Below are positions 1 to 8,727 of a DNA stretch of 64,000 nucleotides, in pieces. This DNA comes from an uncultured Chloroflexia bacterium (GTDB lineage: Bacteria; Chloroflexota; Ktedonobacteria; Ktedonobacterales; JADMIN01). Within the stretch, counting starts at the first letter, position 1. The number at the start of each line of letters is the position of its first letter. Below the pieces are notes generated by a model that ran no database searches, was not told where the DNA came from, and was given only the letters and a program-made list of their open reading frames with translations. A program made the position numbers and the translations under genes. The stretch covers positions 135,640 through 199,639 of the forward strand of contig CAWEJL010000002.1 in the NCBI GenBank assembly GCA_963809385.1, written 5' to 3'.

Positions 1-554
1 GGCCGTCAATCACCCGCAGGACGAGCGGGCTGAGCCAGCGGCGGCCCCAGCCCACCAGCAGCGCGAATCCTCCACACCACACACTCGCGCCAATCAGGAA
101 GCCGCCGAAGAACGGCAGCGCGGCCAGGCCAACCGCGCCCGACAGCGCCACCGCGCCGCCCAGCCCCGACCAGAACGCCAGCCCCACCGGATTCGCCAGC
201 CCGAAGACCAGCCCCGTCGCGAAGTCGCCCCGGCGGCTGGCCGGCGCCGGCCTCCTTCCGCCCCAGCAGCGCGTCACGCCCCGCGCTCCACGCCATCCGC
301 AGCAGGAAGAAGCCGCCGGTGAGCGCCAGCGTCAGCTGGACCGGCCAGAAGCGCGCCGTCAGCGATACGCCGATGAGCGCCAGCGCCGCCCACAGCCCAT
401 CACCCAGCAGCGAGCCAGTCTCCACCAGCAGCGCCGCCAGGCTGCCATGCGCCGACCCGCGCCGCATCGCCTCGGTGTTCACCGCGCCCGGCGCGGCGGC
501 GTAGGCCAGGCCCAGCGCGACGCCCATCAGCGCCAGATGGAGCAGCCCGCTCAT
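1..554 (-). CDS. LysE/RhtB-family amino-acid exporter (3' end runs off the window; apparent single frameshift near 240-270)
   Basis: ATG at 552-554. The N-terminal half MSGLLHLALMGVALGLAYAAAPGAVNTEAMRRG...FFLLRMAW is LysE-like. The track frame then becomes Gly/Arg noise, while a shifted frame over 2-235 reads DFATGLVFGLANPVGLAFWSGLGGAVALSGAVGLAALPFFGGFLIGASVWCGGFALLVGW, the expected C-terminal half. Confidence 0.6.
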
Positions 555-611
555 GCGTCGTAGCCTCCCAACTCGACCACATAGGCCGTGCCTGGCGCGG
601 TGGGGTCGGCG

Positions 612-1211
612 TCACGCGGGCCACGCGGGCCACCGGTGCGCATCTTCGCCCCCAGCTCTGTCACTGGCGACGCGCAGCACCTCCAGCGCGCGCATCTGCT
701 TCTCCGTCGCGGCCTCGTAGTCGCTTCCCACCGTGCGCCCAGGGAAATAGCGCAGCGTCATGCGCTCCAGAATCGCCCGCTTCTCGGCCATGTTCGTCAC
801 ACGCTCGGCGCGGCTGTACACCACGACCGCGCGATAGTTCGTCGAATGCGATTCGGCGTCACGCGAGGCGATCAGGCCATCCAGCAGCGTCACCTCGATC
901 GCCACATCCATCCCACCGCGCAGCGACTTCAGCGTGCGGCTGGCGGGCGCGCCGTGCAGGTAGATCGCGCCATCGGCGTAATCGTAGAGGAACGGGATGA
1001 CGTACGGCTGACCGTCCAGCGCGTAGGCCACATGCGCCACGCGGCCCGCCCGCAGGATGCGCTCCGCCTCCTCCGCCGGGGCCGTGCGCTCGGCATGCCT
1101 GCGGATACGCGAGCGCGCTGACGTCCCTACGCGCGCCGTCAGCGACTCCTGTTCCACCATCTTCTCGACCGCGCCAGCGCCCGCCCGCGCCGCCTCTCGT
1201 CTGGCCGCCAT
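612..1211 (-). CDS. Pyridoxamine 5'-phosphate oxidase-like FMN-binding split-barrel protein
   Basis: 199-aa ORF. The core GRVAHVAYALDGQPYVIPFLYDYADGAIYLHGAPASRTLKSL and NYRAVVVYSRAERV resemble the PNPOx/NimA-like family. It is divergent from a MocR-type regulator gene. Start uncertain (alternative ATG at 1158-1160). Confidence 0.65.
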   Translation of the reverse strand: MAARREAARAGAGAVEKMVEQESLTARVGTSARSRIRRHAERTAPAEEAERILRAGRVAHVAYALDGQPYVIPFLYDYADGAIYLHGAPASRTLKSLRGGMDVAIEVTLLDGLIASRDAESHSTNYRAVVVYSRAERVTNMAEKRAILERMTLRYFPGRTVGSDYEAATEKQMRALEVLRVASDRAGGEDAHRWPAWPA

Positions 1212-1263
1212 CGTTCAACCCCATCACTCTGCGTTCGATCATCGCGCGCTCGGCTCGCGTCTG

Positions 1264-1272
1264 TGGTATGGT
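1264..1272 (+). promoter_or_regulatory. Extended -10-like element TGgTATGGT upstream of the MocR-type gene
   Basis: Sequence tggtatggt lies in the 119-nt divergent intergenic region, 59 nt before ATG 1331. Confidence 0.3.
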
Positions 1273-1330
1273 ACAGGAACATATTGGACTAACACAAGCG
1301 CCATTCTGACAAAGTGAGACAAGGCCAATT

Positions 1331-2952
1331 ATGACCACCATGCGACGCCGTGCGCTCGACCTGCTCATCACCCTCGACCGCTCCGACAGCGCCAGCGAAG
1401 GCCTGACACGCCAGATTTACACCAGCCTGCGCGAGGCGATCCTCTCAGGCCGGCTGCGCGCGGGCGACCGCCTCCCGCCCAGCCGCGCGCTGGCTCAGGC
1501 GCTGGGCGTGGCGCGACTGACCGTCGCCACAGCGTATGACTGGCTGAGCGCCGAGGGCTACGTCGCCGGGCGCGTGGGCGCGGGCACCTACGTCGCTCCG
1601 GCCTTCGCCAGCTACTCCGCCGCCGATGACGCGCCCCATCTGGACGCGCCGCCATCTCGCGTGACAGGCGTCGCGCCCATCCTGGCGCCACCCGTCGCGC
1701 CAGCGCCGCCGCGCCACCGCTCACCGCCTGGGCGCGGCGCATCCAGACCATCCCGCTGACTGGGCGCTGGCGCCGACGAAGCCGCGGGCGCGCCGTACGA
1801 TTTCAGCCCTGGCGCTGGCGCGGCGGAAGCTTTCCCCTGGGCGCGCTGGCGGCGGATCGTCGCCCAGCAAGATACCACCGACCCGCTGGCCGAGCTACGG
1901 ACACGCGCGCGTGAGCGCGCCGCCTCCACCGGGACGCTGGGACGCGCTGCTCGGCCCGCTGGAGACGCGCGCCGCCATCGCCGCCTGGCTGCGCCGCTCG
2001 CGCGCGGTCCGCTGCGACCCAGAGCAACTGCTGATCGCCAGCAGCGTGCAGCAGATCCTGGCGCTGCTGGCGCGGCTGCTGGTCGAGCCGGGGCAGCGGC
2101 TGCTGGTCGAAGACCCCAGCTACATCGGCTTCCACGCCGCGTTCCTGGCTGAAGGGCGCTGTGCTCCAGGGCATCCCGGTGGATCGGCCTCGGCATTCGC
2201 CCCGACGCGCTGCCGCAGCCACAGAAGGCTGAAACTGGGTCCGCCGCGCGGCTGCTGATCGTCACACCATCACACCAGTACCCCACCGGCGTGACGCTGT
2301 CGCTGGAGCGGCGCATGGCGCTGATCGAATGGTCGCGCCGCGCGGGCTCGATGCTGGTGGAGGACGACTACGACGGCGACCTGCGCCTGGAGGGGCAGCC
2401 GCTGGAGGCGCTGCGCGGGTTGGACGAGCGCGATGAGGTCATCTACCTCGGCACCTTCGCCAAGGCGCTCTACCCGGCGGCGCGGCTGGCATTCGCGGTG
2501 CTGCCGCACTGGCTGGTCGAGCCGGTGGCGCGCGCCCGCGCCGCCAGCGACCGCCATCCCATCTGGCGCGATGCGCTGGCCGTCGCCCGCTTCATCGAGT
2601 CGGGCGAGCTGGAGCGCCACCTCGCCCGCGTCCGGCGGCTCTACCGCGCCCGGCGCGACGCGCTGACCGCCGCGCTGCGCGAGGAGCTTGACGGCTATCG
2701 TGAGCATTGGCCCGGCGGAGGCGGGCATCCACCTGCTCGCGCGGCCTGCCCGACGGCGTGGATGACGTCGCGCTGACGGAGCGGGCGCGCGGGCTGGGGC
2801 TGGCCATCGCGCCGCTCAGCCCGCACTATCAGGACCGTGCGCGCGGCCGCTCTGGCCTGCTGCTGGGCTTCGGCGCGCTGGATGAGGAGCGCCTGAGAGC
2901 GGGAGTCCATCTGATGGCGCCGCTCGTGCGCGATGCCGTCGCGGCGGTATAA
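1331..2952 (+). pseudogene. MocR/PdxR-type regulator (GntR wHTH + aminotransferase-like domain) interrupted by about seven frameshifts
   Basis: The wHTH block RLPPSRALAQALGVARLTVATAYDWLSAEGYV lies in ORF 1331-1759. The aminotransferase-like blocks are spread over ORFs 1911-2258, 2291-2776, 2707-2952 and short unlisted frame segments (from 1720, 1796, 2158, 2691). Recognisable motifs include CDPEQLLIASS, VEDPSYIGF, TPSHQYPTG and GTFAKALYPAARLAF. Confidence 0.75.
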
Positions 2953-2953
2953 T
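2948..2953 (+). promoter_or_regulatory. Consensus -10 hexamer TATAAT upstream of the M50 protease gene
   Basis: tataat at 2948-2953, 25 nt before ATG 2978. It lies inside the 3' end of the disrupted MocR gene. Confidence 0.3.
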
Positions 2954-2977
2954 CCGGCGGAGGGACAGAAGCCAGCC

Positions 2978-4156
2978 ATGACGCGGGCGCTCCCAGCGAA
3001 TCGAGGTAGCCCTATGCAGCCCACCAGCGACACGCCCATGGATCCGCGCTCGCAACCCGAGAGCGACCGATCCCAATGGGCCGAGGCGTCAGTCTGGCCC
3101 GCTCCCTACCAGCCATACCCGTCCCAGCCGGTCTATCCTCCGCCTCCGGAGTCGTACCAGCCCGGCGCGTGGCCGCCATCCACCAGAGGCCAGCCACCCC
3201 GCCGCATGGCCACAATCCGCCGCCTACCCGCCGCCGCCGTCATGGTATCAGCGCCCGGCCAGCCCGGCGCGCAGGCGCCTGCCGCTCAGTGGGGCGCGCC
3301 CGCCGCGTCGTGGCCTCCGCCGCCTAACCGCGCGGCCTCACCGTATCCCGCGTATCCCGCATATCCCGGCTATCAGCAGTATCCCAGCTATCCCGCCCAA
3401 CCGGGGGCAGGCGCACCGCCAGCCGCCCAGTCCAGGGCATCAGGAACGACAGTCGTTGGATTCATCTCAAAAATCATCGTTCTCGCCAAGCTCGCGCTGC
3501 CGCTGGTCAGCATCCTGGCCAGCTTCGGCGCCTACGCGCTGCTGTTTGGCTGGCAGTTCGGCCTGGGCATCATCGTGCTGCTCTTCGTCCATGAGATGGG
3601 GCATTTTGTCATTATCCGCGGCAAAGGGCTGCCAGCCAGTCTGCCTGTCTTCATCCCTCTGCTGGGCGCGTATGTCGCCATGCGCAAAATGCCGCTGAGT
3701 GTGCGCGACGAGGCGGAGATTGGCATCGCCGGCCCGATCGCTGGCACGGTCGCGGGCGTGGTCTGTCTGTGGCTCTACGCCCAGCTTGGCCTGGAGATCA
3801 TGCTGCCGCTGGCCTACTTCAGCTTCTTCCTGAACCTGCTCAATCTGATTCCCGTCTCCCCGCTTGATGGCGCGCGCGTGACCTCAGCCATCTCGAAGTG
3901 GATCTGGCCCATTGGACTGATAGGCATGGTGATTGGCGCCTGGTACACGCGCAATCTCCTGCTGATCCTGCTCTGCGTCATCGGCTTCTTCCAGATGATC
4001 GAGCGCTTCCGCATCTCCGAGAAAACGCCGTATTACACTATCCCCGCCGGAGCCCGCATCTACATCACCATCCTCTACTTCGGCCTGGTCGCCGTGCTGG
4101 TCTACGCCACCTTCACCCTTCAGCCCATCATCCAGCAAACCGGCTCGCTCTTCTAG
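2978..4156 (+). CDS. M50-family (site-2 protease-like) intramembrane zinc metalloprotease with Pro/Tyr-rich N-terminal region
   Basis: HEMGH (HExxH) sits in a hydrophobic helix, and NLLNLIPVSPLDGARV matches the NxxPxxxLDG motif. GGAGGG lies 13 nt upstream of ATG 2978. The ORF opens at 2933, so the start is uncertain. Confidence 0.8.
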   Translation: MTRALPANRGSPMQPTSDTPMDPRSQPESDRSQWAEASVWPAPYQPYPSQPVYPPPPESYQPGAWPPSTRGQPPRRMATIRRLPAAAVMVSAPGQPGAQAPAAQWGAPAASWPPPPNRAASPYPAYPAYPGYQQYPSYPAQPGAGAPPAAQSRASGTTVVGFISKIIVLAKLALPLVSILASFGAYALLFGWQFGLGIIVLLFVHEMGHFVIIRGKGLPASLPVFIPLLGAYVAMRKMPLSVRDEAEIGIAGPIAGTVAGVVCLWLYAQLGLEIMLPLAYFSFFLNLLNLIPVSPLDGARVTSAISKWIWPIGLIGMVIGAWYTRNLLLILLCVIGFFQMIERFRISEKTPYYTIPAGARIYITILYFGLVAVLVYATFTLQPIIQQTGSLF

Positions 4157-4215
4157 CGCATAGCGATGTTCTGGCATGCTGTCTGCAACCGCAGCGCTGC
4201 CGGAGGTACAACGCG

Positions 4216-4785
4216 ATGAGCTTTGCGCTAAAAGATCCACTCGTCAAGGGGCATCCACTCCATGCGATGCTCTCGGATCTGCCTGTCGGCGCGCTTAGTC
4301 TCGGTATCGCCTGTGACATTGCCGGGCTTGTCAGCCGGAGACCTGCCTGGCGCTTCGCCGCGCGCGCGGCGCATACTGGCGCGTTTATCAGCGGGATTGG
4401 CGCCGCGGTCGTTGGCCTATGGGACTATCAGGCCGTTCCACGCGAGCACCCGGCGCGCCGCGTTGGCGCGCTCCACGGCTATCTCAACGCCGGCGTACTG
4501 AGCTTGCTGCTGGCGAGCCTGTTGTTGCGCCGCGAATCTCAGGCCCCGGCGGATGGCCGACCTCGCGTGGCGGCATGCGCCTTCGCCGCCGCCGCCTTCG
4601 CAACGCTGACCGTCTCGGGCTGGTTAGGTGGCGAACTCGTCTTTCACCTGGGCTGGCGCGTCATCCCCGCCGAGCACGCCGAACAACTCGAAGCGGCCCT
4701 GCGCGAGCGTGACGAGACGGGCCTGATAGCGCAGGCGCATGAGGCTGTCCAACAGTACGAGCGGACGCATGCGCTCATACCGTGA
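4216..4785 (+). CDS. DUF2231-like membrane protein
   Basis: Internal ATG 4216 is preceded by GGAGG at 4202-4206. The N-terminus GHPLHAMLSDLPVGALSLG followed by four hydrophobic segments is the DUF2231 pattern. The upstream part of ORF 3898-4785 overlaps the M50 gene and looks non-coding. Confidence 0.6.
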   Translation: MSFALKDPLVKGHPLHAMLSDLPVGALSLGIACDIAGLVSRRPAWRFAARAAHTGAFISGIGAAVVGLWDYQAVPREHPARRVGALHGYLNAGVLSLLLASLLLRRESQAPADGRPRVAACAFAAAAFATLTVSGWLGGELVFHLGWRVIPAEHAEQLEAALRERDETGLIAQAHEAVQQYERTHALIP

Positions 4786-4798
4786 GTATGCGCCCGCT

Positions 4799-5701
4799 TT
4801 ACCCCACCCGCGGCGGCTCAGCCAGCGCGAGCCGCCGCGAGCTGTTGCGCCAGCCAGCGACCTGGGCCCACCACAGCGCCACAACACCCATCCACACAAT
4901 CACAGCGCCAGTCACAGCGACAGCAGGGCCGTAACCGACTACCCACGGCGCAGTCGAGAAGTTGAAATGCTGTGGATGCCTGAGCATCCCGGGAATGCCG
5001 CGAATCGCCAGCGCCGTCAGCCAGGTCGCAGATGCGATCCAGATCAAGCTGATGACCGGCGGTATCCATCCGCGCTGCCAGATCGCGATCAGCGCCACCA
5101 GCATCCCCAGGAGGACGTAGTCCACGCCAGCGCCGAGAAGCGAGCCGGAGCCAAAGCCTGACGCCGTGGCGTACACCAGAACCTCGTCGGAGTCCAGCCC
5201 CGCACACGCGCCGCTGACGAAATGGCTCCAGTTGACCGGGAACCCCGTGCAACCCTGCGTCGCCCAGGGCGTGAAGATGTAGCCGAAGAACCAGACGGCG
5301 ATACCGACGGTGACGATCAGCGCGCCGATCCGCGCGGGGCTGAGAAGCGAGCGGAGCGCAGGCATAACCGCTATACGGCGCGCTCGGCTACCAGCCCGGC
5401 GCAGGCTCGCCAGCCGCGCCGCTCCACCTACCCACATCAGCGCCAGCCCGCTCAGCGACAACCAGACTCCAACAGCTGGCGTGCGCGCGCCCCAAGCGAG
5501 ATGGGCGCAGTTGATCTGGCACAACGCCCCGGGCGCACGCCCAAAGATCGCGTAGACGAGCGCCGCGACGCCACCCGTGGCGACCACCGGCCAGACCATA
5601 TAGGCGTACGCCGCGAACCGCGACCGGCGCCAGATCGCCATCGCCAGCGCAAGCACAAATCCAGACGACAATGCGATATCCCCACAGAAATAGAATGCCA
5701 T
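4799..5701 (-). CDS. Polytopic membrane protein, unknown function (possible N-terminal extension in another frame up to GTG 5886-5888)
   Basis: 300-aa ORF with about eight hydrophobic segments. A neighbouring frame upstream reads VDGLLAWLAVVGAALLTYAQQVPWARIQVTLTQPG...SLVGLTSWSDG and runs straight into the ATG at 5699-5701. This suggests a further indel near 5700. Confidence 0.5.
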   Translation of the reverse strand: MAFYFCGDIALSSGFVLALAMAIWRRSRFAAYAYMVWPVVATGGVAALVYAIFGRAPGALCQINCAHLAWGARTPAVGVWLSLSGLALMWVGGAARLASLRRAGSRARRIAVMPALRSLLSPARIGALIVTVGIAVWFFGYIFTPWATQGCTGFPVNWSHFVSGACAGLDSDEVLVYATASGFGSGSLLGAGVDYVLLGMLVALIAIWQRGWIPPVISLIWIASATWLTALAIRGIPGMLRHPQHFNFSTAPWVVGYGPAVAVTGAVIVWMGVVALWWAQVAGWRNSSRRLALAEPPRVG

Positions 5702-5973
5702 CGGACCACGAAGTCAGGCCCACCAAGGAGTATGCGCCGTCGAATCCGCGCACCGGATTCCAGGAAGTCGAAGACGCTCCCTGTCCCGGTTGGGTCAGGG
5801 TCACCTGGATGCGCGCCCACGGTACCTGCTGGGCGTAGGTGAGCAGCGCCGCGCCCACGACGGCCAGCCACGCGAGTAGTCCATCCACGGCCAGCGCATC
5901 CCGCGCGGTGTTCCTTGCTCCACGTCCTTCAGCGTCACCCTGATCTTCCCTTCCCTCCGTGAGCGCGATCCCG

Positions 5974-7028
5974 TCAAATCCCTTCCATCGCCTCCGCCAC
6001 CGCCGCCACCAGCCGCGCGCCGTGCGCCGCCAGCCAGTCCTGCCAGGCCAGCGCCGCCTCCGCGCGGGCGACGACATGCGCCATCGGGCTGAGGCCCTGC
6101 AGCGCTCTGCCCAGCCGGTGGATCAGCGAGGTGTAGCCGCGCATGGCGTAGAGGGTGGGGATCGCCGCGATCTCCGGCGCCGTCAGCCGCAGCGAGCGCG
6201 CGTAGCCACGCGCCAGCGCCGCGATGATGGGCCATTCCGCTCCCGACTCTAACACATTCACCGGCCACCAAACAAGCGCTACGGTGAGATCTATAACCCG
6301 AATATCGCGCGATAAGAACTCGAAGTCCAGCACGCCTGTGACGCGCTCGGCCTCCATAAACAGGTTGCTGGGGTCCGTGTCCTCGTGGCAAAGTTGATGC
6401 GGCAGCGCGGCGTAGAGCGCGGGCAGCCGCTCCATCAGCGCCGTATAGCCGTCCCGCAGCCGCCCGCGCGCCTCGTCCTGATCGGCAGCGCCGCGAAGGC
6501 CGCCAGCGGGTCTGGAACCAGCGGCGTCATCTTGTCCAGCCTGCCCAGGCTGCGCCAGCTCACCGCAGCCTCCGCGTCGGATAGCTCGACCGCCGCCAGC
6601 GCCACATCCAGCGCGCCAATCGCCTCCGCCGCGCGCTCCGCCTGCGCGAGGTTGTCACGCTCCGGCGGCTGCCCTGGAATGAAGCGCGTCAGCGTCGCCA
6701 GCGCGGCGCCGCCCGCCGTCGCTAGCGTGGCCCACGGCTCGCCGTCCGCCGTCAGGATTGGCGTGGGAACGGCGAACGGCAGCCCTTGCCGCTCCAGACC
6801 CACCAGCGCCGTGTACTCCAGCCGCGCGCGGCGCTCGTCGTGGTGTGACGCCGCCAGCCGCAGGACATGCGCGGCCACGCCAGGCGCCGCGCTGGTAACG
6901 TGGTACAGCGTGTTGTTCGTGCCGCCGCGCATCGGGGCGAGCCCCAGCGCGTCCGGCTGACCGAGTAGCGGCCATGCGGCGACGAGCGCCACCGGGTCGG
7001 GGAAATGAGGCGGCGGTGGACCGCGCAT
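5974..7028 (-). CDS. Aminoglycoside-phosphotransferase/homoserine-kinase-II-fold kinase, apparent frameshift near 6480
   Basis: The N-lobe lies in ORF 6435-7031 (PMRGGTNNTLYHV, VLRL). The C-lobe lies in ORF 5974-6435 (CHEDTDPSNLF = HxDxxxxN, VLDFEF). A shifted frame reads DQDEARGRLRDGYTALMERLPALY across the junction. ATG 7026-7028 shares one nt with the upstream stop (TGATG). Confidence 0.7.
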
Positions 7029-7846
7029 CACTGGCCAGCCGCTGGATCACCGCCGCTGGCGGGCGCGCTCGCGGCGCCAGCGCCATGCTGGCGGCGAAGC
7101 TGGCTGAGGTTGCGGCGGTGGAGCGCGACATCGGCCCAGCTGAGGAAGCCAGCGGTGGCGAAGCCATGCGCGATCACCGCCGGCCAGATCGAGCGGCGCT
7201 TGGGAAGGGCGAAGAGCGCGCCGAACAACCCGCCCGCCGCCGTCACCCCGGCGATCGAGCGCCAGCTCCAGTTTCCAAAGCGATGGTACCCGCCGTAGAC
7301 GGTGGAGGCTACCACCCAGCCTAGCGGCCCCGCCGCGCGCCGCGCGCCCGGAACTTTCCGCAGCCCGCGCGTCGCCAGCGATTGCACGACGCCGCGAAAG
7401 AACAGCTCCTCGGCGGGGGCGTTGATCAGGAAGTAGAAGGCCGACTGCGCCACCTGATCGGCGGGCGTAGGCAGCTTGTAGCGCGGCGCGACGGCCCGAC
7501 GGAAGACAGCGGCGATCTGCGAGAACGGCAGGCCCACCGCCACGCCGAGCGCGAGGTCCTTCAACGGTGCGTCACTCCGCAGACCCAGATCCTCTTTGCC
7601 CCAGCGCGTGAAGCGCCCATACGCCCAGGAGATGAGCAGCAGCGGAACGACACGGCCCAGTGTATCCTTCCACAACCAGCCCCATGTATCGCGCGGCGTG
7701 TTCAGCGGCGTCTTGGCCACCACGCGCGGCGCGATGGACTGCACGAGCAGCCGCTCGCCACTGGGCGTAACCTCCACCAGCGGCGGCGCGTCCCAGCGCG
7801 GGGGTGTTTTGCCCTTCGCCGCGCTCCCGTCTCCGACAGCCGCCAC
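7028..7846 (-). CDS. CPBP-family (CAAX/Abi-type) intramembrane metalloprotease
   Basis: Motifs EELFFRG, YGGYHR and AHGFATAG occur in hydrophobic segments. GTG start at 7844-7846 with AAGGAGGG 5 nt upstream. Confidence 0.75.
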   Translation of the reverse strand: MAAVGDGSAAKGKTPPRWDAPPLVEVTPSGERLLVQSIAPRVVAKTPLNTPRDTWGWLWKDTLGRVVPLLLISWAYGRFTRWGKEDLGLRSDAPLKDLALGVAVGLPFSQIAAVFRRAVAPRYKLPTPADQVAQSAFYFLINAPAEELFFRGVVQSLATRGLRKVPGARRAAGPLGWVVASTVYGGYHRFGNWSWRSIAGVTAAGGLFGALFALPKRRSIWPAVIAHGFATAGFLSWADVALHRRNLSQLRRQHGAGAASAPASGGDPAAGQ

Positions 7847-7881
7847 AGACGCCCTCCTTCGCTCCCGCGCTCAACACGCCG

Positions 7882-8643
7882 CTAGGCGGGGTTGGTCCCA
7901 ACATGCGCGGCGACAACGCCCCCCATCAGGTAGTAGTAGCGCACGTCTACCAGTCCAGCCTCTTCCATGATGCGCTTAAGGGTAGGCGCGTCGGGGTGCG
8001 CCACCACCGAGGACGGCAGGTAGCTATAGGCGTCAAAGGCCTTGCCGATCAGTGAGCCGAGCAGCGGAATCACGCGGTCGAAATAGAGGTGAAAGCCCCA
8101 GTTGAAGACGGGGTTGTACGGATGGCTCATCTCCAGGCAGACCACCCGCCCGCCGGGCCGCGTGACGCGTCGCATCTCGCGGAAGCCGCCGGGTATATCC
8201 GACAGGTTGCGCACGACCCACGCCGACGTCACCGCGTCGAACGCGCCATCGGTGAAATCGAGCCCCTGGCCATCGCCGCGCAGGAGCTCGATGCGCCCGT
8301 CCAGCCTCTGCCGCTTGACCTTCTCGCGCCCGACGGCCAGCATGCCTTCCGAAAAGTCCACGCCCGTAATGTGGACATCCGCCGGACTCCGCCGCGCCAG
8401 CGCGATCGCCATATCACCCGTGCCTGTGCCGACATCCAGCGCGCGCGCGCCAGCGGACAGCGCCGCCTGCCGCGCGGCGAAGTCGCGCCAGCGCCCATCC
8501 ATCCCGCCGGTCATGATGCGGTTCATCGCGTCATAGACCCGTGCGATGCGGTCGAACATCGAGCGCACATACACCGGCTTACCGCCTGCCGCGTCGAAGC
8601 GCGCGCGCAGGTCGGGCGTGGGCGTCGGAACAGTAGAGCTCAT
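7882..8643 (-). CDS. ubiE: Demethylmenaquinone/ubiquinone C-methyltransferase (UbiE/MenG)
   Basis: VRSMFDRIARVYDAMNRIMTGGMDGRWR followed by the SAM motif LDVGTGTGDMA and the C-terminal YSYLPSS...P block typical of UbiE/MenG. It lies immediately downstream of a polyprenyl synthase. Confidence 0.85.
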   Translation of the reverse strand: MSSTVPTPTPDLRARFDAAGGKPVYVRSMFDRIARVYDAMNRIMTGGMDGRWRDFAARQAALSAGARALDVGTGTGDMAIALARRSPADVHITGVDFSEGMLAVGREKVKRQRLDGRIELLRGDGQGLDFTDGAFDAVTSAWVVRNLSDIPGGFREMRRVTRPGGRVVCLEMSHPYNPVFNWGFHLYFDRVIPLLGSLIGKAFDAYSYLPSSVVAHPDAPTLKRIMEEAGLVDVRYYYLMGGVVAAHVGTNPA

Positions 8644-8727
8644 CGCTACAGCGCCTCTCTGGACACTTCTATGAACCGCGCACCCCTCGCCCGCGCACGG
8701 GAGAGGGGCTGGGGGTGAGGGACCTCG

